A stretch of DNA of 64,000 bases from a virus (lineage: Duplodnaviria; Caudoviricetes): the IMG/VR virus record IMGVR_UViG_3300028280_000187; one strand, 5' to 3'. Each line of letters opens with the position of its first letter. The first letter of the stretch is position 1. The notes beneath the pieces are model-generated. The model was not told the origin of the DNA. It ran no database searches and worked only from the letters and a program-made list of their open reading frames with translations. Below are positions 18,285 through 28,849 of the stretch, piece after piece. A program made the translations under genes and the position numbers.

Positions 18285-21200
18285 GAATAAAATTTATGAC
18301 TTTCTTCCGGGACATTTAAAGAATAGTGAATTACAAACTATCTTTGAAGGCACACTTGAACGAGCATTCTCAAAAGGCTCAGTCGAAAAGACAAGAGCAT
18401 ATGTTGGTAGAAAAGAAAAAGGAATAAACAGAGAAGAAGATATATATCTCTCGTTTCCTCCACATGCATATGGTCGTGAGAATTACGGTTTAGAACCAGT
18501 ATACTCTAGTAAGAATGATAAGGTCTTTTATGAAGACATGTTGAATTCTTTATTTAATAAAGGTGCTTTGACAAATGACCATAGAAGATTATTCGATACT
18601 ACAAAGAAAACAATTAATATACCAGTAGACTTAGACAAGTTTATAAACTACGAAATGTATTACTGGGTTAAGCCAGGATTCGACCTAACTATAACTGGTA
18701 GTAATAAAAAACATTATGTTACGATTGCCAGGGACGATGCAAATCTTTTTGCAGTTGATAACTGGTGGTCTAATGAAAACTCATGGTATCATTACGATGA
18801 TATAAAATCATTTATAACAAGTACAAATAGTGATAAGATAGAACAAGCTAAACGTCCTATCATAGAATTTGATAGTAGAATAGAACTTGGAAATGATAGT
18901 TTAAATAAAGTCGCTTCAACAGATTGGGAGTTTCCTACATTTAAAATATATGACAAAGATGGCAATGCTGGAAATATAGTAGATTCAAAAATCTTTTCAT
19001 ATGTGATTGGTGATTCCGCATTATATAACGCAGACCAAGAATTAGGATTTGTTCCATTATTAAAAGCAGGCGATTATGCTAGTGAATTTCAATTTATTGT
19101 TGATATACCTGATAATGCACAATATGATTTAGATGGAGTAATGACTGGTATCTATATTGATACTACATTCGATTATAGAAACTTTAGACAAGAGTATGGA
19201 AGAGAATCTGGGAAAGTATTAACCTTATCACAAACACCAAAGACAACTAATGCCGTTGATGTTTATGTTGAGGGTATGAAACAGATTGCTAATTATACAG
19301 TTGATTTGACAAACAATACAGTGACATTGGATAATGAACCAGATGGGTTTGTGTATATTGATTACTGTACAAAAAGCGGTGTAGTAAATGATGGCGACAA
19401 CGGCTTTCAACGATTGCATCACTCAATAGAATTTAACGTAGATAATAAAAGCTACAATAATATAAATTTATCATACTCAATATTGTATGAACATTTTTTA
19501 AGAATTTTAGAAACTGCTCCTGGTCTTACCGGTGAAGCAAATGGATTTAATAACTTTAGAAACCTAAATACTGTTGGACATCTTAACACTTTTCATAATA
19601 AAGGAAGTGTGTTAGTTACAAACTCTGTTGATGTTAAAGATGCATTCTTTTCTATAACAAGGGATGATTATGACCCAATAAAAGCAGTTGAGTTTTTATC
19701 AACAACGTATCAAGGATACAAAAACAAATTAGTAACGACAGTAAGAGATATTCTCAATGATGCAGGAAGCCAATCTAAATCAGACTTAATGATTTTAGAA
19801 GAAGCAATAAATCTAATTGCATTATCAAAGAGAGATAGCATTAGTATATTTGATAAACTTGACATGATTAATCATGGTGAATTATACTCTAATTACCAAG
19901 AAGCAGAAATAACAGAAATTATAGCAGATGCTACTGAACAGTTTGTACCTGATGAATTAGGAGCTATAGCGTTTCCTGAAACTCTGTCAGTATTTAAAGA
20001 TGGTGTATTGCAAAGACTTAACATAGATTATACTATCATTATCAGTCAAGGCGGTAAGGATATTTTAAATTTTAGGTCTCCGGTATCAGGCAACAGTACT
20101 ATCTATCTTAGAAGATATGATAGCATCAAAGAAACATTCGTCCCACCAAGTGCTACATACTTGAAATTATACCCAGCATTTAGACCTATGATTATGGATG
20201 ATATGGGATATAGTTCCGGAGTAACACAATTCCTTATAGGACATGACGGTTCAAGAATGAAACTTTGGGGCGACAAGACAGATGACATTATGTTAATGTT
20301 TGAAACTCTTATATGGAACAACCTAGATGATAATCTTGCAAGAACAAATTTAGATGCTGTAAATTATGGGGTGTACAAATCTGCACCAAGCGAATGGTCT
20401 AATTCTGAAAAGAACTACACGATGTATCCTTTCTTTAAGAAATGGCTAATTAGAAATAATATAGATGATTTACAGAATACAGGATTTGATGCTAGTGATT
20501 GGACTACATGGAATTATAGAAACATAAATGCAGACTCTCCGGGACACTGGCGTGGTATATTTAAATATGCATACAATACAGATAATCCTATAGAAGAACC
20601 GTGGAAAACAATAGGACTTTCACAAGAGCCTACAACGTTTAGAACTACATACGGTTCCAACTTTGCTGACCCAAGTTTTTGGTCTAACTTATTTTCTATT
20701 AATAATATCACAAATGTTCCAATTCCAGTCGATGCTGGCGGCAACTATATTGATATTAATAATTTATTTTTTAGCGGATCAATCTTAAACAATGATATAG
20801 GCAGATTATCAGAAGATTGGGAATTCGGTGATGGATCTCCAGTAGAAATGGCATGGAAGAATTCAAGTGAATATCCTTTCATAGAATTCATACTAATGAT
20901 GCTGACCAAACCTTTCAAAATATTCCACACATACAAAGATGAAATTGATACGAGTATTTCAATTTACAATAGTAGAGAAGGATATAATACTGCAAATATC
21001 ATAATACAAAAACAAGATTATGAATTTAAACTTGGCTCAAAGCTAGGTGGATTTGTTAATAACTTCAAGCTGTTAGCAGAAAATACATCTATGACTAACA
21101 GTAAATATACAGAAATTCCTAAAGACAATTATGATTTAGTAATACATTCTGGTGAGCCGAATAGAAGTGAATTTTTCAGTGCTATTGTTATTGAAAAAGT

Positions 21201-24200
21201 TTCATTAGATAGCCCTCATCCGGTATATTCAAAAGCAAATACTATGACATATCTAAAAGGTGATATTGTCTTAAATGAGTTTGACGGCAAATATTACAGA
21301 AGAATAGCAGAGTCACAGACAGCAAAAGAACAACAATCAAGTCCTATAATTCAATTTGATTATCAAGCATGGTCTCTTATCTCTCAACCAAAGACACAAT
21401 CATTTGGATATAGAATACAAGGATATGACGATATCAATCCTACATTCTTTGCAATGGATTGGGATAGAACATCTGGCGAAAAGGCATTCAGTACTAAAGG
21501 TGACAGAATGCATCTTTCTGATTGGCAACAAGGAAACTATTATAGACAAGATTCTTATATGAAATATCAAGGACAGCCTTATGTTTGTCTAAATGCACAT
21601 ACATCTACTACATTGATAGATGATAACATTGAGGATTGGAAACAGCTAGTAGAATGGCCAGTTACTAATGTAGTTACAGCATACGGTTGGAAAAAGTTTA
21701 AAAATGATGCTGTAAAAACATTCAACTATGGTGATATTTTAACTTCGATAGATGATGTCGCACACTTGATGGTAGGCTATCAGGAATATTTAGGACTGAT
21801 AGGTTGGGGATTTACGGATATAGATGAAGATGGAAACACCATTGACTTTAAACAGCTTTTATTAAAATTCTTAGAATGGAGTTCAGAGACACATGAACCA
21901 GGAGACTTTATTACACTATCTCCTGTATTATTAACAGGTAGTTTCACTGCACCATATGGTGTCGCATCAGTTAGAAAAGAAACACATAAAAACTTCTATC
22001 GTGTTGTAGATGCATCTGGAAGATTAATTCCAAACTCAGAAATATCATTCACAACAGATGGCAAGGCCATAAACTTTAGAAGTAATGTTCCGGTATACGG
22101 GATGAAGATTGATATACAAGACGTAGAACATGCGTTTGTAGTAGACAGAGTAGATAGTTATGGTGACATAATATATGATCCTCATATGCACAATAGAAAC
22201 TTACGTATGCAAATTGATTGTAATAGGCAGTCAGATTGGGACGGAACTTTAACAGTTGACGGTTATTTAACATACGGCGATGAACTAATACCTAACTTTG
22301 AAACAATGGCAGAAGAGTCAAAGTATTACAGAGATACACTTATTGACCAAAGTTTGGAAGCAATAAATGGGCTAAAAGGTTCACAAATAGGATATAACAA
22401 ACGAGCATACTTAAGCAATCACGGCATTGAAAGAGAAAGTGCGTTAGAATTCTATAAAGGCTTCTTGGCACATAAAGGAACTGAGTCTTCTATTAACAGA
22501 ATTATTAACAACAATAGTAACTTCAAAGATATTACTCACCAAGATGTTTGGGCAATAAAAGTAGATGACTATGGTAAAGTAAACAACGGATATAATATAA
22601 CTAAGTCTGTCAACACTATTGACATTTTAAGTGACCCACATGCTGTAGAATTTGATACGCTTCCTAGGCCTTTTGTGTACAGAGATATTACAAAAGAATT
22701 TCCAATTAGAACTACAGGATATGTGGATGGAAATGACGTTAATTACACAGTAAAAACAGAATATGATTTAACATCATTGAATGCCAATACATTATATGAA
22801 GGCGATACAGCTTGGTTGCAGTTCGACCCAATACGTGAATGGGACGTAAGACGCTTAAGTGAAGTAGCAGAAATTTCTTATGTTGGTGAAACAGAAGACA
22901 ATCAGTTATATTTGGGTTTAGTAAATGAAATTGATATCGTTGATAGCGTATATATAAAAATTAAAAATGAAACTATTGATCCAGAAATTGCAGATTATTA
23001 TTATCTAGTAAGCAACGGCACAAAAGAAGTAGGCGGAATTACAATATATGAGTACCTAGTATTTGAATTAAATTATGAACCTCTTATTGTAGAAATCGAT
23101 AGTTCAACATCTAGCAGTTTGTTTGTACCAACTTCATCCTCACAAGGAGTTGAAGCAATAGGCTCAGTAAGTAACCCAGTATTTGCATCAGGTGATGCAT
23201 TAGTAATTGATGGCATAAGCTATACTTACACACCAGGGTCTGGTTCAGTATCAAGTGGAATTGCAATAGGTGGTGACGGTGCAACAGTTGATCCGGTAAT
23301 ATCAGCAAATGAAAAAATGCAAATGGTTGTATATGGAAACAATGGAACTATTGTAAACTCGAATACAGTTGTTACATTTAGAGGAACAACAGCAACAGCA
23401 ACATCGGCGTTAGCGTCAGTCAAAGATGACATAATTGAAATTGATGGTACACCATTGACTATTGGATATAGTGCAATTTCTAGCATCAGCGAGACTTCAT
23501 CTGTGACAGAAACAACTGCGGTTGCATCAGGTGATACTATTGTCGTTGATGGAACAACAAAGTCTTTTGCAGACTTAACTGTTACTGGAACTGTTTCAGC
23601 GCCAACTATACCTCAAAACAAACCACTACAGGTTAATGGAACATTGCTATCACTAACCGCGGCAGATGATATAGATGCAGTTATACTAAACATTAATACG
23701 AATAGTCTTGATGTTATTGCAAGTAAAACAGCGAATGATGAGTTAATATTAACTACAACAAGTGGTGTACTTGAACTATCAGGTTCCGCACTAACTGACT
23801 TGGGTTTATCAACTACTTCATCATATAAACAAAGTAAGTTTAAAAATATTGCTACAGAACTATCTACAATATCAGGTATAACATCTACTGTATCAGCGGG
23901 CGGATTGTTAACTATTGCAAGTACAAACAACACAATGACATTGGCTGGGACAGCATTGTCGGTGTTAGGCATGACTGCTGGTAATTATAGTGCAACAAGT
24001 AATCCAACTGCACAATCGGTTGTTAATCAAATCAATGCGTTGGGTATTGTAGACGCATCAGCATCAGGTAACGCAATAACAATTTCTAGTTCAAATTCAG
24101 ATTTAGTTATTACAGAAACAACACCGGGCGCTATGGGTAGACTAGGATTTGCTACAACTACTGTAACAGTAGACGCACTAACAAATATTATTGAAGATAT

Positions 24201-27117
24201 TCAAAATCAAGCATTACAGGGTGTAACAGGTGTAACATTATCTAAGAGTGCATCGGGCAGACAATTACAGATTGTTAGTTCACAGTCAAGTATAGTTCTT
24301 TCTAATATAACTGGTAATCCATTAAACGATTTGGGTATACTTGTAGGAACTTATAATAATTCTACAACAGTAAGTAGCAGTGCATCAGAATTCAAAGATT
24401 ATATAAACTCACAATCAAGTGATATCATTGTAAATATTACAAGTGATGGTAGAATGGTATTCACTACAAGTGCAGTTAGTTTAACATTTAGCGGAACCAC
24501 AGACGCAATGTTATCTAAGTTAGGATTATATAGAGACTATACAAGTGTTACAAGTAACGCAAACTTTAAAGCAATGCGTTGGAAGTCAATGAGATTTACT
24601 CCTAATTATTTGTTTGAAACATTTGACGAGTTCTATACAGACTTAGGATTAAATGCAGAGGCTTTGATTTGGGCAGATGATTATATAAGTGAAGGTTGGG
24701 CTGTCTTAAACAGAAATAGCACTGGTTCTCTTTTAATAAGAAACAGACAAGCAAACACACTTGAAGTAGATTACATGAAGCGTGTGATAATAAAAGATGG
24801 TAATAACTTCTTTAACTATCAACTATATGACCCACTTAACTTAAAATTCCCAGGTTCAGCAACAAGAGATATTGATTACGTTACATGGGAAGATCCGGCT
24901 GGGTATGATACTACAACAGACAATGAACTATGGCTTGATGAGAACTTAGGAAAGATTTGGTGGGACACTACACTCGCACGTTACTATAGGTATAATGATT
25001 ATGGAGACGCAAACAAATTAATAGTCGAATCATTTGCATCAAAGTATTGGGGCAAGTTGGTTGCAGGTTCAGAGATTAATATTAAACAATGGTCTAAGAG
25101 CGAACAATTACCAGAAGGAATAACAAAGTTCACAACCAAAGTGTACTTTGATACAACAAAGAATAAATCTATTACTGAATACTACTATTGGAGTGAAGTG
25201 GGAAACAGCCCAGTCGCTGGTAAGACATTAAGCATTGCAGAAATAAAAATGCTACTTGAAAGCGGTGATATTAATAATAAGTTTATTCCAATTTCAAATA
25301 ATAAAATACTTATAAGCAACAATGCATACATATTTGAAAACGAATCGATTGATGTTTCTATCGAATATAGAGTAACATCAGATATATCAGCCAAACACAC
25401 AGATTGGAAATTCGTCAAAGAAGGCGGAAAATATGATACGAGTGTAGTTGATGGCGAACTACAAAGGCAAATGATTGATAGTATCGCTAATGTTCATTTT
25501 GAACAGTATGACCAGAAGAAAGTTGAGCAATCTATGTTGGGTGATCCTAATCACACAATTATAACATTCCCAATTCTTTCAGGTTTATATGGCGGCGGCA
25601 GAGACGATGCAACCATCAATGATACCGTTGTTACACTTAACTCTAAAATAATCGATGCATCAGATATTGGGTTTGATATTTCTACAACAAATCCAAATTT
25701 GGCTAAGTTGCTAATTGCTAAGTCAGTAACAGTATTACCAGACGATGTAGTAAGAGTTTACAGAATGATACCTACAGAAAATAATTGGTTTACGAATCTA
25801 CAAATTGCTAGAGAAAACTTTGCATCAATTCTTAACAAAGAGTTGTCTAACAAACACTTAACAGGTAGCTTCCCATTCTATAAAGATTTTATAGAACCAG
25901 ACCAACTTGCATTATCATTGGGTGACTGGTACTTAGCAGACGAATACAAAGAAATTAAGAGATACGGATATCTATCAAAGACACGCAACTTTGACATGCT
26001 AAAATTATACAAAGAAGGCGTAACATCATTCAAGTTAGAATTGCCTACACACGATGAGTATTATGCTGAACATGACGGTGCTTTGCGTTTAGTTCATAGT
26101 TCAAAGAACGCACTTAGATTATCTTATAATGATTTAGTATTTCCAGAGAATGACCAAGCATCTGCAAAATATTACGAAAATGCATTAGGTGTTCAAATAC
26201 ACGAACTAATGGGATTGTTAATAACATATCCTAAGAGAAATCTTCTTAACAATCTATTATTTGGTATGATTAATTATATGTATACTGAGAAAACACATCC
26301 AGATTGGATATTCAAATCAAGCTATATTGATATCACAATGTATCATAGAGACTTAAGACAGTATGCTATATATCAACGTGACAGCGAAGAAGATATTTTA
26401 GAATATCTAACTGAGGCAAAACCGTATCATACAAAGATACGAACAAAGACACGCATATACGGAAAAGACGAACTTATAAAGTCAGATGTAGATATTGAAG
26501 AAAAAATGGAAATCTCACTTGACTTTGGTAACCATTCACGTTATATTGAATCAGACACTATTGACGGCGGCGATGAGCAGATTATCGATGCAGATAATTA
26601 TGTCGATATCGCAGACGGAACATGGGAACAAGGAAGACTATTAAGAACCAGACAAGAATATACTGCCGAAGCAGGCGGGTTCGATACTGGTCTTGTACTT
26701 CCTACAATACTAGATTCATCTACTGTGATGGTTAAGCAATATACAGATGCAACGAAGACAACGCACGACAAAACATACATGTTCGTATATGACATGTTCG
26801 GACGTGGTTGGAGAATTGGAGTTGATGCAGAATCTACAGCAACATCATTTGATGGTACAACAGTTGTAGTAGATACACCAGCATCATTTAAGACTGCATC
26901 TAAGAAGAATAAGAAACTAATTGCTTTTGAAAACGAAACAACAGGTGTTATAGAATTTATGACATACAATAAGAAAGCAAGTCAAAACCTTACTATTGAC
27001 GAAAGAGGACTCTATACAGGATTGCATACAGCACCGGGATCAACTAGCAAAGTATATGCGTTAGATACGCCACTTGAAATGGTTCTTCACGGAAAACTTA
27101 AGACAGAATGGATATAA
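18277..27117 (+). CDS. Very large baseplate wedge/virion structural protein (gp7-like) with Ser/Thr-rich repeat insert
   Basis: 2946 aa directly after gp6; DLDKFINY..YYW, FYKGF..HKGT, W...GKIWWD and C-terminal KPYHTKIR motifs of jumbo-myovirus baseplate proteins. Confidence 0.7.
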   Translation: MAKNKIYDFLPGHLKNSELQTIFEGTLERAFSKGSVEKTRAYVGRKEKGINREEDIYLSFPPHAYGRENYGLEPVYSSKNDKVFYEDMLNSLFNKGALTNDHRRLFDTTKKTINIPVDLDKFINYEMYYWVKPGFDLTITGSNKKHYVTIARDDANLFAVDNWWSNENSWYHYDDIKSFITSTNSDKIEQAKRPIIEFDSRIELGNDSLNKVASTDWEFPTFKIYDKDGNAGNIVDSKIFSYVIGDSALYNADQELGFVPLLKAGDYASEFQFIVDIPDNAQYDLDGVMTGIYIDTTFDYRNFRQEYGRESGKVLTLSQTPKTTNAVDVYVEGMKQIANYTVDLTNNTVTLDNEPDGFVYIDYCTKSGVVNDGDNGFQRLHHSIEFNVDNKSYNNINLSYSILYEHFLRILETAPGLTGEANGFNNFRNLNTVGHLNTFHNKGSVLVTNSVDVKDAFFSITRDDYDPIKAVEFLSTTYQGYKNKLVTTVRDILNDAGSQSKSDLMILEEAINLIALSKRDSISIFDKLDMINHGELYSNYQEAEITEIIADATEQFVPDELGAIAFPETLSVFKDGVLQRLNIDYTIIISQGGKDILNFRSPVSGNSTIYLRRYDSIKETFVPPSATYLKLYPAFRPMIMDDMGYSSGVTQFLIGHDGSRMKLWGDKTDDIMLMFETLIWNNLDDNLARTNLDAVNYGVYKSAPSEWSNSEKNYTMYPFFKKWLIRNNIDDLQNTGFDASDWTTWNYRNINADSPGHWRGIFKYAYNTDNPIEEPWKTIGLSQEPTTFRTTYGSNFADPSFWSNLFSINNITNVPIPVDAGGNYIDINNLFFSGSILNNDIGRLSEDWEFGDGSPVEMAWKNSSEYPFIEFILMMLTKPFKIFHTYKDEIDTSISIYNSREGYNTANIIIQKQDYEFKLGSKLGGFVNNFKLLAENTSMTNSKYTEIPKDNYDLVIHSGEPNRSEFFSAIVIEKVSLDSPHPVYSKANTMTYLKGDIVLNEFDGKYYRRIAESQTAKEQQSSPIIQFDYQAWSLISQPKTQSFGYRIQGYDDINPTFFAMDWDRTSGEKAFSTKGDRMHLSDWQQGNYYRQDSYMKYQGQPYVCLNAHTSTTLIDDNIEDWKQLVEWPVTNVVTAYGWKKFKNDAVKTFNYGDILTSIDDVAHLMVGYQEYLGLIGWGFTDIDEDGNTIDFKQLLLKFLEWSSETHEPGDFITLSPVLLTGSFTAPYGVASVRKETHKNFYRVVDASGRLIPNSEISFTTDGKAINFRSNVPVYGMKIDIQDVEHAFVVDRVDSYGDIIYDPHMHNRNLRMQIDCNRQSDWDGTLTVDGYLTYGDELIPNFETMAEESKYYRDTLIDQSLEAINGLKGSQIGYNKRAYLSNHGIERESALEFYKGFLAHKGTESSINRIINNNSNFKDITHQDVWAIKVDDYGKVNNGYNITKSVNTIDILSDPHAVEFDTLPRPFVYRDITKEFPIRTTGYVDGNDVNYTVKTEYDLTSLNANTLYEGDTAWLQFDPIREWDVRRLSEVAEISYVGETEDNQLYLGLVNEIDIVDSVYIKIKNETIDPEIADYYYLVSNGTKEVGGITIYEYLVFELNYEPLIVEIDSSTSSSLFVPTSSSQGVEAIGSVSNPVFASGDALVIDGISYTYTPGSGSVSSGIAIGGDGATVDPVISANEKMQMVVYGNNGTIVNSNTVVTFRGTTATATSALASVKDDIIEIDGTPLTIGYSAISSISETSSVTETTAVASGDTIVVDGTTKSFADLTVTGTVSAPTIPQNKPLQVNGTLLSLTAADDIDAVILNINTNSLDVIASKTANDELILTTTSGVLELSGSALTDLGLSTTSSYKQSKFKNIATELSTISGITSTVSAGGLLTIASTNNTMTLAGTALSVLGMTAGNYSATSNPTAQSVVNQINALGIVDASASGNAITISSSNSDLVITETTPGAMGRLGFATTTVTVDALTNIIEDIQNQALQGVTGVTLSKSASGRQLQIVSSQSSIVLSNITGNPLNDLGILVGTYNNSTTVSSSASEFKDYINSQSSDIIVNITSDGRMVFTTSAVSLTFSGTTDAMLSKLGLYRDYTSVTSNANFKAMRWKSMRFTPNYLFETFDEFYTDLGLNAEALIWADDYISEGWAVLNRNSTGSLLIRNRQANTLEVDYMKRVIIKDGNNFFNYQLYDPLNLKFPGSATRDIDYVTWEDPAGYDTTTDNELWLDENLGKIWWDTTLARYYRYNDYGDANKLIVESFASKYWGKLVAGSEINIKQWSKSEQLPEGITKFTTKVYFDTTKNKSITEYYYWSEVGNSPVAGKTLSIAEIKMLLESGDINNKFIPISNNKILISNNAYIFENESIDVSIEYRVTSDISAKHTDWKFVKEGGKYDTSVVDGELQRQMIDSIANVHFEQYDQKKVEQSMLGDPNHTIITFPILSGLYGGGRDDATINDTVVTLNSKIIDASDIGFDISTTNPNLAKLLIAKSVTVLPDDVVRVYRMIPTENNWFTNLQIARENFASILNKELSNKHLTGSFPFYKDFIEPDQLALSLGDWYLADEYKEIKRYGYLSKTRNFDMLKLYKEGVTSFKLELPTHDEYYAEHDGALRLVHSSKNALRLSYNDLVFPENDQASAKYYENALGVQIHELMGLLITYPKRNLLNNLLFGMINYMYTEKTHPDWIFKSSYIDITMYHRDLRQYAIYQRDSEEDILEYLTEAKPYHTKIRTKTRIYGKDELIKSDVDIEEKMEISLDFGNHSRYIESDTIDGGDEQIIDADNYVDIADGTWEQGRLLRTRQEYTAEAGGFDTGLVLPTILDSSTVMVKQYTDATKTTHDKTYMFVYDMFGRGWRIGVDAESTATSFDGTTVVVDTPASFKTASKKNKKLIAFENETTGVIEFMTYNKKASQNLTIDERGLYTGLHTAPGSTSKVYALDTPLEMVLHGKLKTEWI

Positions 27118-27137
27118 AACCATATAGAGAGTATTTT

Positions 27138-27145
27138 GATAAATA
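27138..27145 (+). promoter_or_regulatory. Putative late promoter GATAAATA
   Basis: Octamer 25 nt upstream of ATG 27171. Confidence 0.7.
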
Positions 27146-27170
27146 GTTAAGATTACTAAGAGAGATAAAA

Positions 27171-27842
27171 ATGTTTAAAGATAATATAGAAGCACAAGTA
27201 GTTGGTGTACTAAAAATCTCTGACAAAGAGACAGGCCAAGTACTTGTAAACAAGAAAAATGCTATTCATCCAGGAAATATGGCATATGTTCTAGCGTCTG
27301 GACTTGCTGGTAAGCCAACAAGTATCAATTCGACTGGTTCAGCACCATATATCAATTGGATGGCATTTGGTAATGGTGGGAGTAATTCAACTACTACTCT
27401 ATCTTACCGTTCTCCAAGAGTATTCACAACTTATGATACATTGGATATGACAGCGAGTAATTCAAAGTTATATGCAAAAACATATCAACAGGAAACAACT
27501 AATACAGTTTTTTATCCTGGCGAGAGTGTTAATGGAACACTTATTCCAGAAAACACTTCTAAGATTAATTTCAAAGTAACATTGTCGCACAATGACTATG
27601 AGAGTATGTTGCAATTAACTGATCCTACTGTGAGTACACCGGAAACAGATAGTTCGACAGATGCTAATAGTGTCGCGGCATTTACTTTTGATGAAATTGG
27701 TTTATTGTCTGGCGTCACTAACGCCGGAGAGTTACAAGAAGAAAAGACCCTGATGCTAACACATGTAACATTTCATCCTGTGTTATTATCAGCGAATAGA
27801 ACTATCGTTATAGATTATACGGTAACTATTCAACTTAGCTAA
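27171..27842 (+). CDS. Baseplate/virion structural protein
   Basis: KNAIH, MAFGNGG, FDEIGL, LTHV.FHPV..SANR.I.IDYT motifs; structural operon context. Confidence 0.65.
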   Translation: MFKDNIEAQVVGVLKISDKETGQVLVNKKNAIHPGNMAYVLASGLAGKPTSINSTGSAPYINWMAFGNGGSNSTTTLSYRSPRVFTTYDTLDMTASNSKLYAKTYQQETTNTVFYPGESVNGTLIPENTSKINFKVTLSHNDYESMLQLTDPTVSTPETDSSTDANSVAAFTFDEIGLLSGVTNAGELQEEKTLMLTHVTFHPVLLSANRTIVIDYTVTIQLS

Positions 27843-27865
27843 GAGGAATCCGGAAATACCTCGAG

Positions 27866-27881
27866 GTTAAGTATAATTTAA
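27866..27881. promoter_or_regulatory. CtrA-type box GTTAA-N7-TTAA overlapping TATAAT
   Basis: GTTAA GTATAAT TTAA in the 66-bp intergenic region; GAATC at 27846-27850. Confidence 0.45.
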
Positions 27882-27908
27882 TGACTAGTCAAATTTAGGA
27901 GTATAAAC

Positions 27909-28814
27909 ATGGCGGTGATATCAAATAGTGACTTAAGTACACTAAGAGACACCTTAAATTCAATTTTGAATGGAACAGGAGTCGGCGGTGGCTATAACCA
28001 AAGTCACACAGTTGCGGCTAACCCTTCTGCGGGAGATACAATCGATGATGCATATCAAGATTCAATCTATTCCGCGGCGGCAAAGGTAGCAAATTTTTAT
28101 AATATTAGTAACCCATTTACGGCAGTTGATGCTGGTGATGTAATTGACGATGCACAATTTTATAATGACGCATCATCATTTACTAGTTCAATCAGTACAC
28201 GTTTTGATAATCCATGGGATTATTCAACTGGTTGGGACATGAGTGTTACATCAGAGACTTCACAATCAGTAAGCAACTGGAACGGCACAAGAACACAAAT
28301 CGTTAAAGTAGCTTTCGGTAGTGAAGCAAACATGAATGCGTGGATGTCAGCAGGTGGGGAAATTAGAATTTCAGCATCACATAGCGATACAAGTTCAAAC
28401 CAACAAGGTACTTCGTGGGAACAACTAACAGCAGAATTAGGAACATATAGAATTTCATTACGTGCAACAGATTCAACTAACGTTGATACGTCTACACGTA
28501 AAAAGTATTCTGACCTAAGTGGTTCTTACGCAGAAATTAAGAAAGAATACGCAGACGATGGCGACTATAGTTCAAACTATATCTCTATTGAGGCTTACAA
28601 ATCAGGTGGCGACATTTATGTTAAAACTACTTTAGCAGATGCACACGTGGCACGTTCTGGTTCTGGGTCAGGTTATGCAGGCCCATGGTCTTGGTCAGGC
28701 GCTGACCAGGCAGTAGGGACTTCAACAGTCGCATTAACATCATTAAAATTAAGTAATACATCAGGTTCTGTTAATTTAACAAATCCAACATTTACAATTA
28801 CGGACAACCTATAA
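27909..28814 (+). CDS. Ser/Thr/Gly-rich virion structural protein (fibre-like), paralog of the next gene
   Basis: GYNQ and F.SEA...AWMSAGGEIRI motifs shared with 28850; AGGAG SD. Confidence 0.6.
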   Translation: MAVISNSDLSTLRDTLNSILNGTGVGGGYNQSHTVAANPSAGDTIDDAYQDSIYSAAAKVANFYNISNPFTAVDAGDVIDDAQFYNDASSFTSSISTRFDNPWDYSTGWDMSVTSETSQSVSNWNGTRTQIVKVAFGSEANMNAWMSAGGEIRISASHSDTSSNQQGTSWEQLTAELGTYRISLRATDSTNVDTSTRKKYSDLSGSYAEIKKEYADDGDYSSNYISIEAYKSGGDIYVKTTLADAHVARSGSGSGYAGPWSWSGADQAVGTSTVALTSLKLSNTSGSVNLTNPTFTITDNL

Positions 28815-28849
28815 TAGGTTTCCAAGATGAAAAGAGATAGGTTAACAGC

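Noticed and set aside
3612-27117. Inteins, introns or homing endonucleases in the very large ORFs
   Set aside because: No intein splice-junction, LAGLIDADG or HNH motifs recognised; frames are uninterrupted
28806-28820. AACCTAT-A-ATAGGTT palindrome at the 27909 gene stop
   Set aside because: A 1-nt loop and weak U tract make it an unconvincing terminator; no second copy seen
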